A DNA stretch of 64,000 nt, from contig NC_057717.1 of NCBI RefSeq assembly GCF_004010195.1, positions 106,455,127 through 106,519,126 on the forward strand, given 5' to 3'. The translations under genes and the position numbers were made by a program. The notes under the pieces are model-generated. The model did not search any database and had not been told where the DNA came from. It saw only the letters and a list, made by a program, of their open reading frames with translations. This DNA is from Chiloscyllium plagiosum (lineage: Eukaryota). The number at the start of each line of letters is the position of its first letter. Within the stretch, counting starts at the first letter, position 1. Positions 1 to 13,384 of this stretch are shown here, piece by piece.

Positions 1-990
1 GACGAGTGAGATCCAGTAGATGTAGTGTACCTGGACTTTCAGAAAGCTTTTGATAAAGTCCCACATAGGAGGTTATGAGTAAAATTAGGGTGCATGGTAT
101 TGGGCGCAAAGTACCAGATTGGATTGAAAATTGGTTGGCTAATAGGAAACAAAGGGTAGTGATAAACGGCTCCATTTCGGAATGGCAGGCAGTGACCAGT
201 GGGGTACCGCAGGGATCCGTGCTGGGACCACAGCTTTTTACAATATATGTTAATGATATAGAAGATGGTATCAGCAATAACATTAGCAAATTTGCTGATG
301 ATACTAAGCTGGGTGGCAGGGTGAAAAGTGATGAGGATGTTAAGAGATTACAGGGTGACCTGGACAAGTTAAGTGAGTGGGCAGATGCATGGCAGATGCA
401 GTTTAATATGGATAAATGTATGGTTATCCACTTTGGTAGCAAGAACAGAAAGGCAGACTACTACCTCAATGGAATCAATTTATGTAAAGGGGCAGTACAG
501 AGAGATCTGGGTGTTCTTGTACACCAGTCAATGAAGGCAAGCATGCAGGTACAGCAGATAGTGAAGAAGGCTAATATGATTTACCCTTGAGTTTCGAAGA
601 TTGAGAGAGGATCTGATTGAGACATATTAGATTATTAAAGGATTGGACACTCTGGAGGCAGGAAACATGTTTCCGCTGATGGGTGAGTGCCGAACCAGAG
701 GACACAGCTTAAAAATACGGGGTAGACCACTTAGGACAGAGCTTAGGAGAAACTTCTTCACCCAGAGAGTGGTGGCTGTGTGGAATGCTCTGCCCCAGAG
801 GGCAGTGGAGGCCCACTCTCTGGATTCATTTAAGAAAGAGTTGGATAGAGCTCTCAAAGATAGTGGAATCAAAGGTTATGGAGATAAGGCAGGAACAGGA
901 TACTGATTAAGAATGATCAGCCATGATTATATTGAATGGCGGTGCAGGCTCGAAGGGCTGAATGGTCTACTCCTGCACCTATTGTCTATT
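1..990 (+). mobile_element. CR1 LINE 3' fragment (RT, internal deletion)
   Basis: YLDFQKAFDKV, GVPQGSVLGP and FADD motifs; CR1 C-terminus and ctattgt tail. Confidence 0.92.
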
Positions 991-1204
991 GGAACCTTGA
1001 CCACGCCCATTCAGGCTGTTTCTATTGTTCCAGCTTTAAAGAAAAAACACCCAAGGCTAGTTATCTTCTCATGGGCTGCTTGTCACCTGTCCCTAAATCT
1101 CTCTCTCCAAAAAAAACCCAGGACAGAATAACCTCTGAAAGTGACAGCATCGTCACAGCTGGTCTCAGGCTTCCAGTCCAAAACAATGCCCTCCATCATT
1201 GCTC

Positions 1205-2400
1205 TCTGTTTCATACCATTGAGGCAATTTTACATCCATTTGGCAAGCTCACCCTGAATCCCATGTGATATAACTCTATTAAACAATCTACCCTGTGAAA
1301 CTTTTCAAGGACTTTACAAAAGTCCAAGTAAACAATGTCTACCACTCTGCCCTTATCTAAAAGTGGCCTAATCAATGTCCTGTACAGCCGCCACATGACC
1401 TCCCAACTCATGTACTCAATACTCTGACCAATAAAGGCAAGTACACCAAATGACTCCTTCACTATCCTATGTACCTGCGGTTTCACTTTCAAGGAACTAT
1501 GAACCTGCACTCCAAGGTCTCTTTGTTCAGCAACACTCCCCAGGACCTAATCATTAAGTGTATAAGTCCTGCCCTGATTTACCTTTCCAAAATGCAGGAC
1601 CTCACATTTATCTAAATTGAACTCTATCTGCCACTCCTCAACCAATTAGCCCTTCTGATCAAGATCCCTTTGTACTGTGAGGTAACCCTCTTCACTGTCC
1701 AATACACCTCCAATTTTGGTGCCATCTGCAAACTTACTAACCATACCTCTTACGTTCACATCCAAATCATTTATATAAATGAGGAAAAGCAGTCAACCTA
1801 GCACTGATCCTTGTGGCACTCCACTGGTCACTGGCCTCCAGTCTGAATGCAACCCTCCACCAACACTCTCTGTCATCTACCTTCGAGCCAGATCTGTGTC
1901 CAAATGGCTAGTTCTCCCTCTATTCCATGTGATCTAACCTTGCTTACCAGTCTACCATGAGGAACCTTGTCAAACACCTTACTGAAATCCATACAGATCA
2001 TGTTCACCGCTCTGCCCTCATCCATCCTCTTTGTTACTTCTTCAGTAAACTCAATCAAGTTCATGAGACATGATTTCCCACGTATAGAGCCATGTTGACT
2101 ATCCCTCATCAGTCCTTGTCTTTCCAAATACATGTACATCCTGTCTTTCGGGAATCCTTCCAACAACTTGCCCACCCACTGATGTCAGGCTCACCGGTCT
2201 ATAGTTCCCTGGCTTGTCCTCACCACCTTTCTTAAATAGTGACACCACATTAGCCAACCTCCAGTCTTCTGGTACCTCACCTGTGGCTATTGATGATACA
2301 AATATCTCAGCAAGGAACCCAGCAATCACTTCCCTCACTTCCCACAGAGTTCTAGAGTATACCTGATCAGGTCCTGGAGATTTATCCACCTTTATGGAAA
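1205..2400 (-). mobile_element. CR1 LINE fragment(s)
   Basis: PGPD, NYRPVSLTS and MDFSKVFDKVPH motifs with frameshifts. Confidence 0.88.
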
Positions 2401-2554
2401 TCAACTTCTGTTATTCTCTTTTTTTTTGCTATTCTGATAAAACATTTTTAAAATGATTTACATGGTATAAAGGAAAAGGATCAGTCCCATGCAAAACATA
2501 GATCTCTATTCTGCTCTCCGGGCAGAAAAATCCTAAACTATTCTTTTATAAGCA

Positions 2555-2982
2555 AGTTTCCTTTATTGGTCAGTGCATGGATTATAGGAATTGGGAGGTC
2601 ATGTTCCAGCTGTACAGGACATTGGCTAGGCCCCTGGTTTGAAATATTGCATGCAATTCTGGTATCCCTGCTATAGAAATAATGTTGTGAAACTTGAAAG
2701 GGTTCAGAAAAAATTTACAGAAAAAGTTGCCAGTGTTGAAGGGTTTTAACTATAGGGAGAGGTTGAATAGGCTGGGGCTGTTTTCCCTGGAGTGTCGGAG
2801 GCTGAAGGGATGACCTTATAGAGGTTTATAAAATCATGAGGGGCATCGATAGGGTAAGTAGACAAGATCTTTTCCCTGGGGTGGGGGAGTCCAGAACTAG
2901 GCATAGGTTTAGGGTGAGAAGGGAAGGACGAGTTGGACTGAAGGGTCTGTTTCCATGCTGTACATCTCTATGACTCTATGAC
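2555..2982 (+). mobile_element. CR1 3' fragment
   Basis: CR1 C-terminal sequence ending in a tatgactc microsatellite tail. Confidence 0.85.
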
Positions 2983-3469
2983 TTTATGAATTTTGGAAAA
3001 CAAATTGATTCAAAATACGTGGGATATGGACAGTCAAACATTTTAGGTTTTTCACTGCGAGACTTTTTAACTGTTCTTTATACAGTGAAGCTGAATAAAA
3101 CACATTCTCATCCTGCAGGCAAATAATTATTTTTGATTTGGCCATTCCTAAGGTAACCATACAATCTTCAATGAATGTCTCCCTGATGGTGTCCAAGGAA
3201 ACAGAATAAGTAATATAAGGATGTTACATTAGTATTTTAAGAAATGGTAACATGCCTTTTGAAAGTAAAGTTTTGCAACATTACTTCATCCAGCACGTTC
3301 AATTGATATTTATTATTAAGTTACAGTATTTAACATAATCAGAGACTTTTAAACAAAAATTCAAGGGATTGTAACAATGGCATGTTCACTATTTATAATC
3401 CTGTCATAATTCTAGATCAATTCTGTCACATCAAGTGGCACTTACCTACTCAATAATGTGGTAATCCCT

Positions 3470-4425
3470 GTATGGAGGGATTGTCTTATGAGCAAAGAAT
3501 AAACGGATTGGGACTCCATTCATTTAAGTTTGGCAGAATGAGAGGTATCTCATTGAAACATACACGATTCTTAAAGGGCTTGACAGCTAAAATGCCAAGA
3601 GGATGTTACCACTCATGGGACAGTCTTGGACCATGGGGCGTGGTATTAGAATAAAGGGGCGCTAATTTAAGATTGAGATGTGGAGGAATTTCCTCTGTCA
3701 GAGGTTATGAGTCTTTGCAACTTCATGCTGTAGAGGGTTGTGGGTACAGAATCTTTATATATGTTCAAGGCTGAGATAGATAGATTCTTGGTCAGTAGGG
3801 AAATCAAGAATTAAGGGGAAAGCACAGGAAAATGGATGTGAGGATTGCTGGATCAGCTGTGATTCCATTGAATGGCAGAGCAGGCTCGAGGGAGTGAATG
3901 GCTTAGAACATAGAACAGTACAGCACAGTACAGGCCCTTCAGCCCTCAATGTTGTGCCAACCTTTTATCCTACTGTAAGGTCAAACTAACCTACATTCCT
4001 TTCATTCCACTATTATCCATGTGCCTATCCAAGAGTCGCTTAGATGTGCCTAATGTATCTGAATCTACTACCACTGCTGGCAGTGCATTCCACACACTCA
4101 CCACTCTCTGTGGAAAGAACCTACCTCTGACATCTCCCCTAAACCTTCCTCCAATAACCATAAAATTATGCCACTCGTGATAGTCATTTCCAGTCTCGGA
4201 AAAGTTCTTGGTCTATTCACTCTATCTATACCTCTCATCATCTTGTACACCTCTATCAATTCATCTCTCATCCTTCTTTGCTCCAATGAGAAAAGTCCTA
4301 GCTCCCTCAACCTTTCTTCATAAGACATGCTCTCCAGTCCAGGCAGCATCCTGGTAAAACTCCTCTGCACCCTTTATAAAGCTTCCACATCTTTCCTATA
4401 CTGAGGCAACCAGAACTGAAACAAT
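3470..4425. mobile_element. Two CR1 3' fragments, tail to tail (+ 3470-3905; - 3905-4425)
   Basis: GLSYEE/RL-type CR1 C-terminal remnants on both strands. Confidence 0.8.
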
Positions 4426-4426
4426 A

Positions 4427-4532
4427 TTTTTTTTTTTTTTTTTTTTTTAGATTACTTGGAAACAGGCCCTTCGGACCCGGGTCTCTGACGCTGCGAGGCA
4501 GCAGTGCTAACCACTGTACCACCGTGCCGCCC
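4427..4532 (-). mobile_element. Short, internally deleted tRNA-derived SINE with poly(A)
   Basis: gggcggcacggtggtacagtggttagcactgctgcc tRNA head joined to a ccgaagggcctgtttcc tail, then a run of about 22 A. Confidence 0.75.
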
Positions 4533-4895
4533 ACAAATGGAATTTAATCATCATAATTTCTTGTAGTCTTACAAATTGCACCATAAACGAATGCCAATAA
4601 ATCAATATTTACTTCAGGAATTTACATTTTTTCTCTCAAGTATTAGAAATACAAAAATGAGCTCATAAGGTATGACTTTCAAAATAAAGGTTTCATAATG
4701 TGTTCTCCAGTATCTAGAATATCTTCCAAAATAAATGTGAAAATGTTATAATTATATTAATGAGCATTGCAAGTAGCACATTACACAAAACACAGTCAAA
4801 ATCCTTGGTAAGGAAAAGATGGTTTTAGTGATTTTGACTTGAACAACCACCAGATCAATTTATACCTCAATTTAGTGATCCTCATTGTTTTTCAT

Positions 4896-5050
4896 TCAAT
4901 TATCACTGGTATTTCCCAGAGCGATATCAGGTTGATTTCCTTTGCAAAGCTGCCCATGGGCAGTGCAGAAATGAGAGCTGAGTATTATTAGCACCACCAA
5001 CACGATGACTATGGAAATTATGATGATTAAATTCCATTTCCGTGTTTCAT
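4896..5050 (-). CDS. Second transmembrane/cytoplasmic terminal exon (alternative last exon of gene A, or paralog relic)
   Basis: Acceptor ttttcattaatgtcttcacag resembles that of the 12986 exon, phase 1. DETRKWNLIIIISIVIVLVVLIILSSHFCTAHGQLCKGNQPDIALGNTSDN*. Confidence 0.6.
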
Positions 5051-5539
5051 CTGTGAAGACATTAATGAAAAACCAAATCATTAGTTTGTTGCAAAGCAAC
5101 ATGTTGATAATGAAACTCCTGATAATTTCCAAAATCCATTGTTTATTCACATTATTATCATATTTATCAGATAGGCTGCATTGGTTCAAGGCTGCATTTC
5201 CATGGGTAATCCTCAAAGGATGGGCAGCAAATGCAGGCCCGGCCACAAATGATATCATCCTATGAAAGAATAAATAAATAGTGTTCATGGACTCTCCACT
5301 AACTGTACTTCAGACTGTATTCTTTCCCTTCCTTCATTCTCCCAACATCACATACCTTCATTGAGTACCCCTCATACAGCATTAGATCATTGATTCCTTT
5401 CTCCTCTTGTTCTCCACTGCCTCCGATTTATCATATTAATTGTCTGATATTCAGTATGGGATGAGCAGGAATGTCCTGCAACTAATCATGTGAAAATGTT
5501 GTTGTAAGCCCCTGCCACGATCTTCATTCTGTCCATCTT

Positions 5540-5805
5540 TCTTCCCACCTCCATCGTCCCCCCTGACCCATCACTATTACCCTCCATCTGCACCCACCTA
5601 TCATCAACACAGCTACTTTCCCCCCAGCCCTGCCCCCACTCCCTTATTTATTTCTCAGCCTGCTACCCCCTCCACTTTCCTGATGAAGGGCTGACACCTG
5701 AAACATCGACTCTCCTGCCCCTCAGTTGCTGCCTGACCTGCTGTGCTTTTCCAGCACCATATTTTTCGACGCTGAGTCTCCATCATCTGCAGTCCTCACT
5801 CACTC
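5540..5805. mobile_element. Penelope-derived non-autonomous repeat
   Basis: Contains ctgatgaaggg...gaaacatcga and the tgctgcctgacctgctgtgcttttccagca block shared with many copies in the window. Confidence 0.7.
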
Positions 5806-8419
5806 CCTCCACCAACTCTATTCCCCTTGCAGTCCACACTTGGAGCTGAACAAATCTGTCTTTGACATTGACCTCCTCTATGAGCCTGTGTTGAATTTCG
5901 GACCCCAATTATGTTTCCAACGCTCAGTCCAGCCACTTGCACCACCATAACATTGCATGTCGCAGCCCTGCTTCAACCCATCTGCTGGTGCAACCCATAT
6001 CCCTGTATTTGTAACCTTGAAACTCACCTTTCCCCTGAAAATCCACCCATTTCAACCAGGTTCATTGCCAGTTTCATAAACTGCACCCTCTGTGAAGTTA
6101 ATTTCATCCAACGTTTTTTCTCCATACCCTAACACACACTAATTCATCCAAACTCTGTTCCCTGTACTCTAACACGCAACAATTCAACCTGTGATCCCTG
6201 GCAAATATCTCTCTCTCGGGATTACTGCAGTGCTCCAGCGAGGACCAGCACCTTATTTTCTGCACGGGCTCCCTGCAGCCTCCAGGACTCAATATTAAGT
6301 TCAATAATTTTAGAACCTGGACACGTCGTTCCATTTCCTTTACTCACCCCCACACCTCAGACCCTGTCATGACAGCACATTTTCACCTACTTATGGACCC
6401 ATTATCAGTTTTTCTCCTTCCCAAGCTTACTAACATCCATCAGTTTGTCTGCCGAATTATCTTTCTCTCTGTCTGAACTCTGTTTCCACTTATCTGCTCA
6501 TTGCTTTTCCTTTATCCCCTGTCTTCAACATATATATGACAGCTATGAAGAAGTGTCACTGGACTCACAGATACTGCCAGGTCTGATGAGTTTCTCCAGT
6601 AAATTCTGCTTTTGCTTAGTGATGCTAGTTTGGATGGGCAAAAGCTTTGTCAGAGAAGTCATTTAAAAAAAAGAATCTTAAAGAAGGACAGGACGTTGGA
6701 GAGGTTCAGGAAGAGAAATCCAGAATTTAGGCCCTAGCAACTGATCACATGGGCATAAATGGTGCAACAATTAATGTTGGAGATGTTCATGAGGCTAGAA
6801 TTAGAGGAGTATAAATATCTCAGAGGGTTATAGGACTGCAGGAGATTACAGAGATCTGAACGAGTGAGCTCATGAACAGATTGGAGAACCTGAATGATAA
6901 TTTTAAAAGTGAAGACATTGCCTAACCAGGAACAAATGTCGGTTAGTGAACACAGGGATGATCAGCGAGCAGGACTTGCCAAGAGTAATGCAGAGACTGG
7001 CATCAGGTTGTTAACAGATGAGTATGGGAGGCCAGCCATAAGTGCAGTGGAGTAGTAAAGTGTCGAAGTAAAGAAGGCATTGATGAAGGTTTCAGCAACA
7101 CGTGAGCTTAGGCAGGTTCAGAGTCTGACAATATTATAAAGGAGAAAAAATCAGCTTTGTGATGTCAGTACGTGGATGGAAGTGCAGCTTGGGTTATACA
7201 GTGTATGGCACTCGGATCCATATACTTCGGTACCAAAGCAGTAACTCAGGTCGGGAAATTTCGCAACCAGCCTCAGTAGAAAGGCCCAAGATCAGTGGCA
7301 CTTTCACCCTGGGGATGGGTAATAATTGTGGCATAGGGCAACAAGCAGCTCACTGCTTCCAGAAGCTGATCAGAGGCAGCCACATGGATGGCAAAGTGCC
7401 AAGTTGGCCCAGTGTTGTTTTGTATTCAGTCACAGGATCAGGGTATCGCTGGCCTCCTCAAAAGACCTGCCTTAGTTTTCTGGCACTTTGTCCCTGTTAT
7501 ATTAAAGGCTGTTGGGCCCTCTCGCCCTTCATTTTCACACTACTTCACCGTTTATAATGCGTAACACCCCTACTCCCCTTATACATCCACATTAACACAC
7601 ACCCTAACTCAACACGAGGACCACATCCATGCCAACTCACCAACTCCTGTCCATCATCAATCCCAATGATCTCTTCCAGCCAACTGATGGCCCTTCCATG
7701 TACATTCACATAGAATACACCATATTGAAAACTAATGACCCTATAGTAACAGTGGCATGCGTGGTAAAGTAGTGCTCAGAAATAAAACATACATTCACAA
7801 ATTCTCTTTTGAAATTGAAATATATTCCGACAAATCCTATACATGCATCAAATCAATCTAAAGGTCCATGGAAGTATTGATAATACAAGCTTCTTAATCT
7901 TGTGCAAATAAACATTGAGATATTGATGACAAAGATCCAGAAAGAAAAATTTGTTGTAATCACTTGACAATGTCAATCAAACAAAGTCAACCATTCTCTC
8001 CGAATTGTCAAAACTGAATCCCCACTGAGAATATCCTTAAATCAGTCTGGGATTTTAGGTAAGCATGAAATATCAGGACAATTTTAAGAATATTTTATAA
8101 AGTACTGGATGTCTTCATACTGGATGTCTGCTTGGCTGAAAGCTCAGTCTCATCAATGAATTAGTAAGCAGTTGGTATATGGGGATGGCAGAGTTTTGCT
8201 TTGGTATGATAGGTACGGGTAGTGTGGATGAGTTGGCATTGCATTGACATAGGAGCTATAAGTGACCATGGGGGTGGATGTGACAATGGGCTGGCATCGA
8301 CTGTTTCTGTGTTGTTTGACTTTATCACTGTATGGCTCTATGACTCTATCTGTCTGAACTTGTCATGGAGCTATAAAGGACCATGGAGTTGAATGGAGGC
8401 ATGACTTGCCTCAATGCAT

Positions 8420-9105
8420 AGAGTCAGAGAGATGTACAGCACGGAAACAGACACTTCAGTCCAACTCATCCATGCTGACCATATGCACTTGGCCCATATT
8501 CCTCTAAACTCTTCCTATTCATATACCCATCCAGATGCCTTTTAAATACTGTAATTGTAGCAACCTCCACCACTTCCTCTGACAGCTCATTTCAAACCCG
8601 CACCACACTGTGCATGAAAAAGTTGCCCCTTAGGTCCTTTTAATTTTTTCCCCTCTTGCCCTAAAACTATGCTCTCTAGTTTTGGACTCCCCCACCCCAG
8701 GGAAAAGACCTAATTTTATAAACCTCTATAAGGTCACCCCTCAGCCTCTGATGCTCCAGGGATAATAGCCATAGCCTATTCAGCCTCTCCTTATAGCTCA
8801 AACCCATAAACTTGGCAACATCCTTGTAAGTTTTTTCTGAACCCTTTCAAGTTTCACAACATCCTTCCTACAGGAGAGAGAGCAGAATTGCACACAATAT
8901 TCCAAGGGTGGCTGAACCAATGTCCTATACAGCAGCAATGTGACCTCCCAACTGCCATACTTAATGCGCTGACCAATAAAGGAAAGCATACAAAACACTT
9001 TCTTCACTATGCTATTTGTCTGTGACTCCACTTTCAAAGAACTAGGAACCTGCACTCCGAGGTCTCTTTGTTCAGCAACACTCCCTCAGACCTTTCCATT
9101 AAGTG
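8420..9105 (-). mobile_element. CR1 3' fragment
   Basis: LLYRTLVQPPLEYCVQF motif. Confidence 0.85.
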
Positions 9106-9949
9106 GGAAAGAACTTTTGAACAGAAGGTTCTCTGGTACATGAGTCTTCTGAGCACCATGAACAATGAGTCATAGTGAAGCTGGCTAATTCCCCACAAAT
9201 TGCAAGGGGTTTAGGAAATGGCAAGCCCTTCGCAGAGTCAACCAAGTTGGGAGGCAAAGTTCAGACTTGCTACCTGCATCTTACTCCATGACCACAAAAA
9301 TTGGGATGCTGGGAATAGGGGGCAGAAATCCTAGAAGTGGCTCTTGCCCCAACATTTTTAGATGGTTTGGAGCATTTGGACTCAGTGAACATTCAGGCTC
9401 AAAGCTGCAGTTTCCAGTAAAACAAATGGAAATGGTTTGTGGTCATAGTTTGTAGCAGGGACTAAAGATAATGCCTTTGGCCTTCCCAATATTCCGAATA
9501 ATTGTATCTTTTAAGCGTTTCCTAAAACCTACTTCTTGAATAAGCATTGATCAGCTTTCCTAATATCTCATTCTAAGGCTCAGTAGCAAATTATTTTTCA
9601 TAATTTTGTGAAGATCCCTGCTGATGGAATTATAGGATAAGTCATAATATAGAATGAAACCTGTCTTCATAGATCAAATGTTTAATTTTCTAGCTATTCA
9701 ACATGAAGGTTAGTCTCTGAAACATATTTACATGAGGCTCCAGATGTTCTTTAATAAGAGCATAAATTTATTGCAGAAAAGAAGAAAAGAACAAATATAA
9801 CTGACTCAGTTCCAGAAAAATATCATAACTATCTCAGTTCTTGAAGTCTTACTTAACTGACTTTCCAATTTATTCTCCTTAGACTGTTGAGAATATTTGT
9901 TTCCAATTCCATTCCGAATCTGCTGCTGTGAACCTCTCACAATTCTGAT

Positions 9950-11200
9950 GTCATAGAGATGTACAGCACGGAAACAGACCCTTCAGTCCAACCCGTCCAT
10001 GCCAACCAGATGTCCCAACCCAATCTAGTCCCACCTGCCAGCACCCGGCCCATATCCCTCCAAACCCTTCCTGTTCATATACCCATCCAAATGCCTCTTA
10101 AATGTTGCAATTGTACCAGTCTCCATCACTTCCTCTGGCAGCTCATTCCATACATGTACCACCCTCTGCGTGAAAACGTTGCCCCTTAAGTCTCTTTTAT
10201 ATCTTTCCCCTCACCTGAAACCTATGCTCTTGAGTTTTAGACTCCCCCACCCCAGGGAAAAGACCTTGTCTATTTATCCTATCCATGCACCTCATATTTT
10301 ATCAACCTCTATAAAGTCACCCCTCAGCCTCTGACACTCCAGGAAAACAGCCCCAGCCTATTCAGCCTCTCCCTATAGCTCAAATCCTCCAACCCTGGCA
10401 ACATCCTTGTAAATCTTTTCTGAACCCTTTCAAGATTCACAACACCTTTCTGATAGTAAGGAGACCAGAATTACACACAATATTACAACAGTGGCCTAAC
10501 CAATGTCCTGTACAGCTGCAACATGACCTCCCAACTCCTGTACTCAATACTCTGACCAATAAAGGAAAGCATATCAAATGCCTTCTTCACTATCCTGTCT
10601 ACCTGCGACTCCACTTTCAAGGAGCTATGAACCTGCACTCCAAGGTCTCTTTGTTCAGCAACACTCCCTAGGACCCTACCATTAAGTGTGTAAGACCTGC
10701 TAAGATTTGCTTTCCCAAAATGCAGCACCAAATGTTCTTTAATAAGAGAATAAATGCCTTTTAAATGTTGTAATTGTACCAGCCTCCACCACTTCCTCTG
10801 GCAGCTCATTCCATACACGTACCACCCTCTGCATAAAAAAGTTGCCCCATAGGTCTCTTTTATATCTTTCCCCTCTCATCCTAAACCTATGCCCTCTAGT
10901 TCTGGACTCCTCGACCCCAGGGAAAAGACTTTGTCTATTTATCCTATCCATGCCCCTCATAATTTTCTGCAACATGACCTCCCAACTCCTGTACTCAATA
11001 CTCTGACCAATAAAGGAAAACATACCAAACGCCGCCTTCACTATCCTATCTACCTGCGACTCCACTTTCAAGGAGCTATGAACCTGCACTCCAAGGTCTC
11101 TTTGTTCAGCAACACTCCCTAGGACCCTACCATTAAGTGTATAAGTACTGCTAAGATTTGCTTTCCCAAAATGCAGCACCTTGCATTTATCTAAATTAAA
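9950..11200 (-). mobile_element. CR1 3' fragment, partially tandem-duplicated
   Basis: Two overlapping copies of LHFGKANL...QRDLGVQVH...YRSWEVMLQ. Confidence 0.88.
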
Positions 11201-11689
11201 TTGCCAAAACATTTTCAGTTCCAACTTGAAGAATTGTATGCAAAGTCTCCTGGTTTGAAAGCTCTACATAGCACAGTGGCAGAGGTGGCTGGTTCTTCTG
11301 AACTAAACCTTAAAACTTTCTGTTCTGAGATTAAAACTATACTATTTTCCTTCATGTATTTGAAGTGCTTTTCATAAATACAAGACTCTAGATTGGGTTG
11401 GGATAGCTGGTCAGCATGGACGAGTTGGACCAAAGGGTCTGTTTCCGTGCTGTATATCTCTATGACTCTATGACTATGAGTATTTTACCTATTAATATAA
11501 CAGGGGTTCTTGCAGACATTCTACAGTGATCAGATGTTACTGTAAAACTGAGATCTTTACATTACTGTTCCACATTGACTTTCTGACCTTAAAACAATAT
11601 CACAGAATTAACCAAGGTTCATCTGTCTCTAGTTTGAAATCCAACTCCCTAATAGTGTTTACATGTTGTTCATCATTGCTTCCTAGGTG

Positions 11690-12560
11690 AAGGTACAGGT
11701 TGTGCTGAGGATGCAGGGAGGCTGCAGAAGGACTTGGACAGGCTTGGAGAGTGGGTAATAAAATGACAGATGGAATACAGTGTGGGAAAGTGTGAAGTTA
11801 TGCAGTTCAGTAGAGAGGAGAGGGGTTGAGTATTTTCCAAATTGGTAAAGGCTTCTGAAATCCGAAGCACAAAGGAACTTGGGAATCCTAATTCATGATT
11901 CCCCTAAGTTTAGCATGCAGGTTCAGTTGGCAATTTGGATGCAAATGCAATGTTAACATTCATTTCAAGAGAGTGAGGATACAAGAGCAGGGATGTCCTG
12001 CTAATGATCTATATGGCTCTGGTCAGACCACATTTGGAATATAGTGAACAGTTTTGGGCCCCATATTTAAGGAATTGGAGGAGTCCATAAGAGTCTTACA
12101 AGTATGATCCCAGAAGAAGGGATTGTCATATGAGGAGCAGTTGAGTACCCTTGATCTGTACTGGACAGTGTTCAGAAAGATGGGGGGGAGGGAGGTGGAA
12201 TCTGATTGAAACTTACAGAATACTGAGGGGGCTGGATAGAGTGGACATTGAGGCGATGTTTCCACTAGTAGGAGAGACTAGGACCAGAGATCAAGCCTCA
12301 GAGTGAAGGGATGACCTTTTCAAACTGAGATGGGAAGGAATTCCTTCACCCAGAGGGTAATTAATCTGTGGAACTCATTGCCACAGATGGCTGTGGAGAC
12401 CAAGTCATTGAGCATATTTAAGACAGATTAGTAAGGGAATCAAAGATTATGGGGAGAAGGCAGGAGAATGGGGTTGAGAAACATCAGCCATGATCGACTG
12501 GTGCAGCAGACTTAATGGCCAAGTGGCCTAATTCTGATCCTCTATCTTGTGGTCTTATGG
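11690..12560 (+). mobile_element. Older CR1 3' fragment
   Basis: Degenerate LQKDLDRL...LVRPHLEY sequence and CR1 3' UTR. Confidence 0.8.
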
Positions 12561-12792
12561 TTTCTGCAAAGCACCTTGGGATATCTATTACATTAAAGGT
12601 TCGAGAAAATGCATGTTCTTGTTGTTGACAGAAGGATTCCTCATCATATGATGATTTTCTTTCATCTTTTAAATAGGTTCCAGCATTTTCCCTGAGACAC
12701 TGATCAAGCTGCTGTGTTTGCAGAACATACATCATATATATCAGAACATATAATATATCTATCAGAACATGTATCATATTAGTTTGTAATTG

Positions 12793-12986
12793 TTATGGAT
12801 CAAGTTCCTCCAAAGGAACATCTTCCTGATGATCATTCCCACTGGGCTTCTGTGAATTGGGTTTTCTTTTGTTTAATTTATACTGTCTTCTTTTCTGGGA
12901 TCTCCACTTGCAGTACAAGGTCAACACTGGAACTATTATCAATAGTATTGCTGCTCCTGCAATCACTAGTATTATCCATATGAAAT
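12793..12986 (-). CDS. Gene A terminal exon, transmembrane plus cytoplasmic tail
   Basis: ttttcatag acceptor, phase 1. DFIWIILVIAGAAILLIIVPVLTLYCKWRSQKRRQYKLNKRKPNSQKPSGNDHQEDVPLEELDP* has a basic juxtamembrane segment and YKL like the ICAM-1 tail. Not in the ORF track. Confidence 0.88.
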
Positions 12987-13384
12987 CTATGAAAACATTG
13001 AAAAAACAGAAATCAAATAATCAACAGTGTGGGAAATAATTAATTGCAAAATGCCTGAATATTTCTGAAATCTGTGGATTATAAACAAAGGGTATTTTCC
13101 AATGGAATGTCCCGTGTGCTTTATTCAGCTCTTTCATGGCTGTTTTCCTGCTTGTATTCTTCACCTTCTTTCATTCTTCCCACATCACACCCCACTCCTT
13201 GGCAGTCTGCCCTCAACTCACTGTCTATACCTGTTTACATTCTGCAGGAATTGCACACGGATAAGTAGATTTAATGTAATGTTCCATACATTTGATATCA
13301 AGATTTCTTTTTAAGATGGTTCAGAATTTCCAGCAATCATAATTATTTCCTGTCTCTTACATTGCTATTAGCATGATTATCATG

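Noticed and set aside
2984..3196. 70-aa minus-strand ORF in unique sequence
   Set aside because: No domain similarity or clear exon structure.
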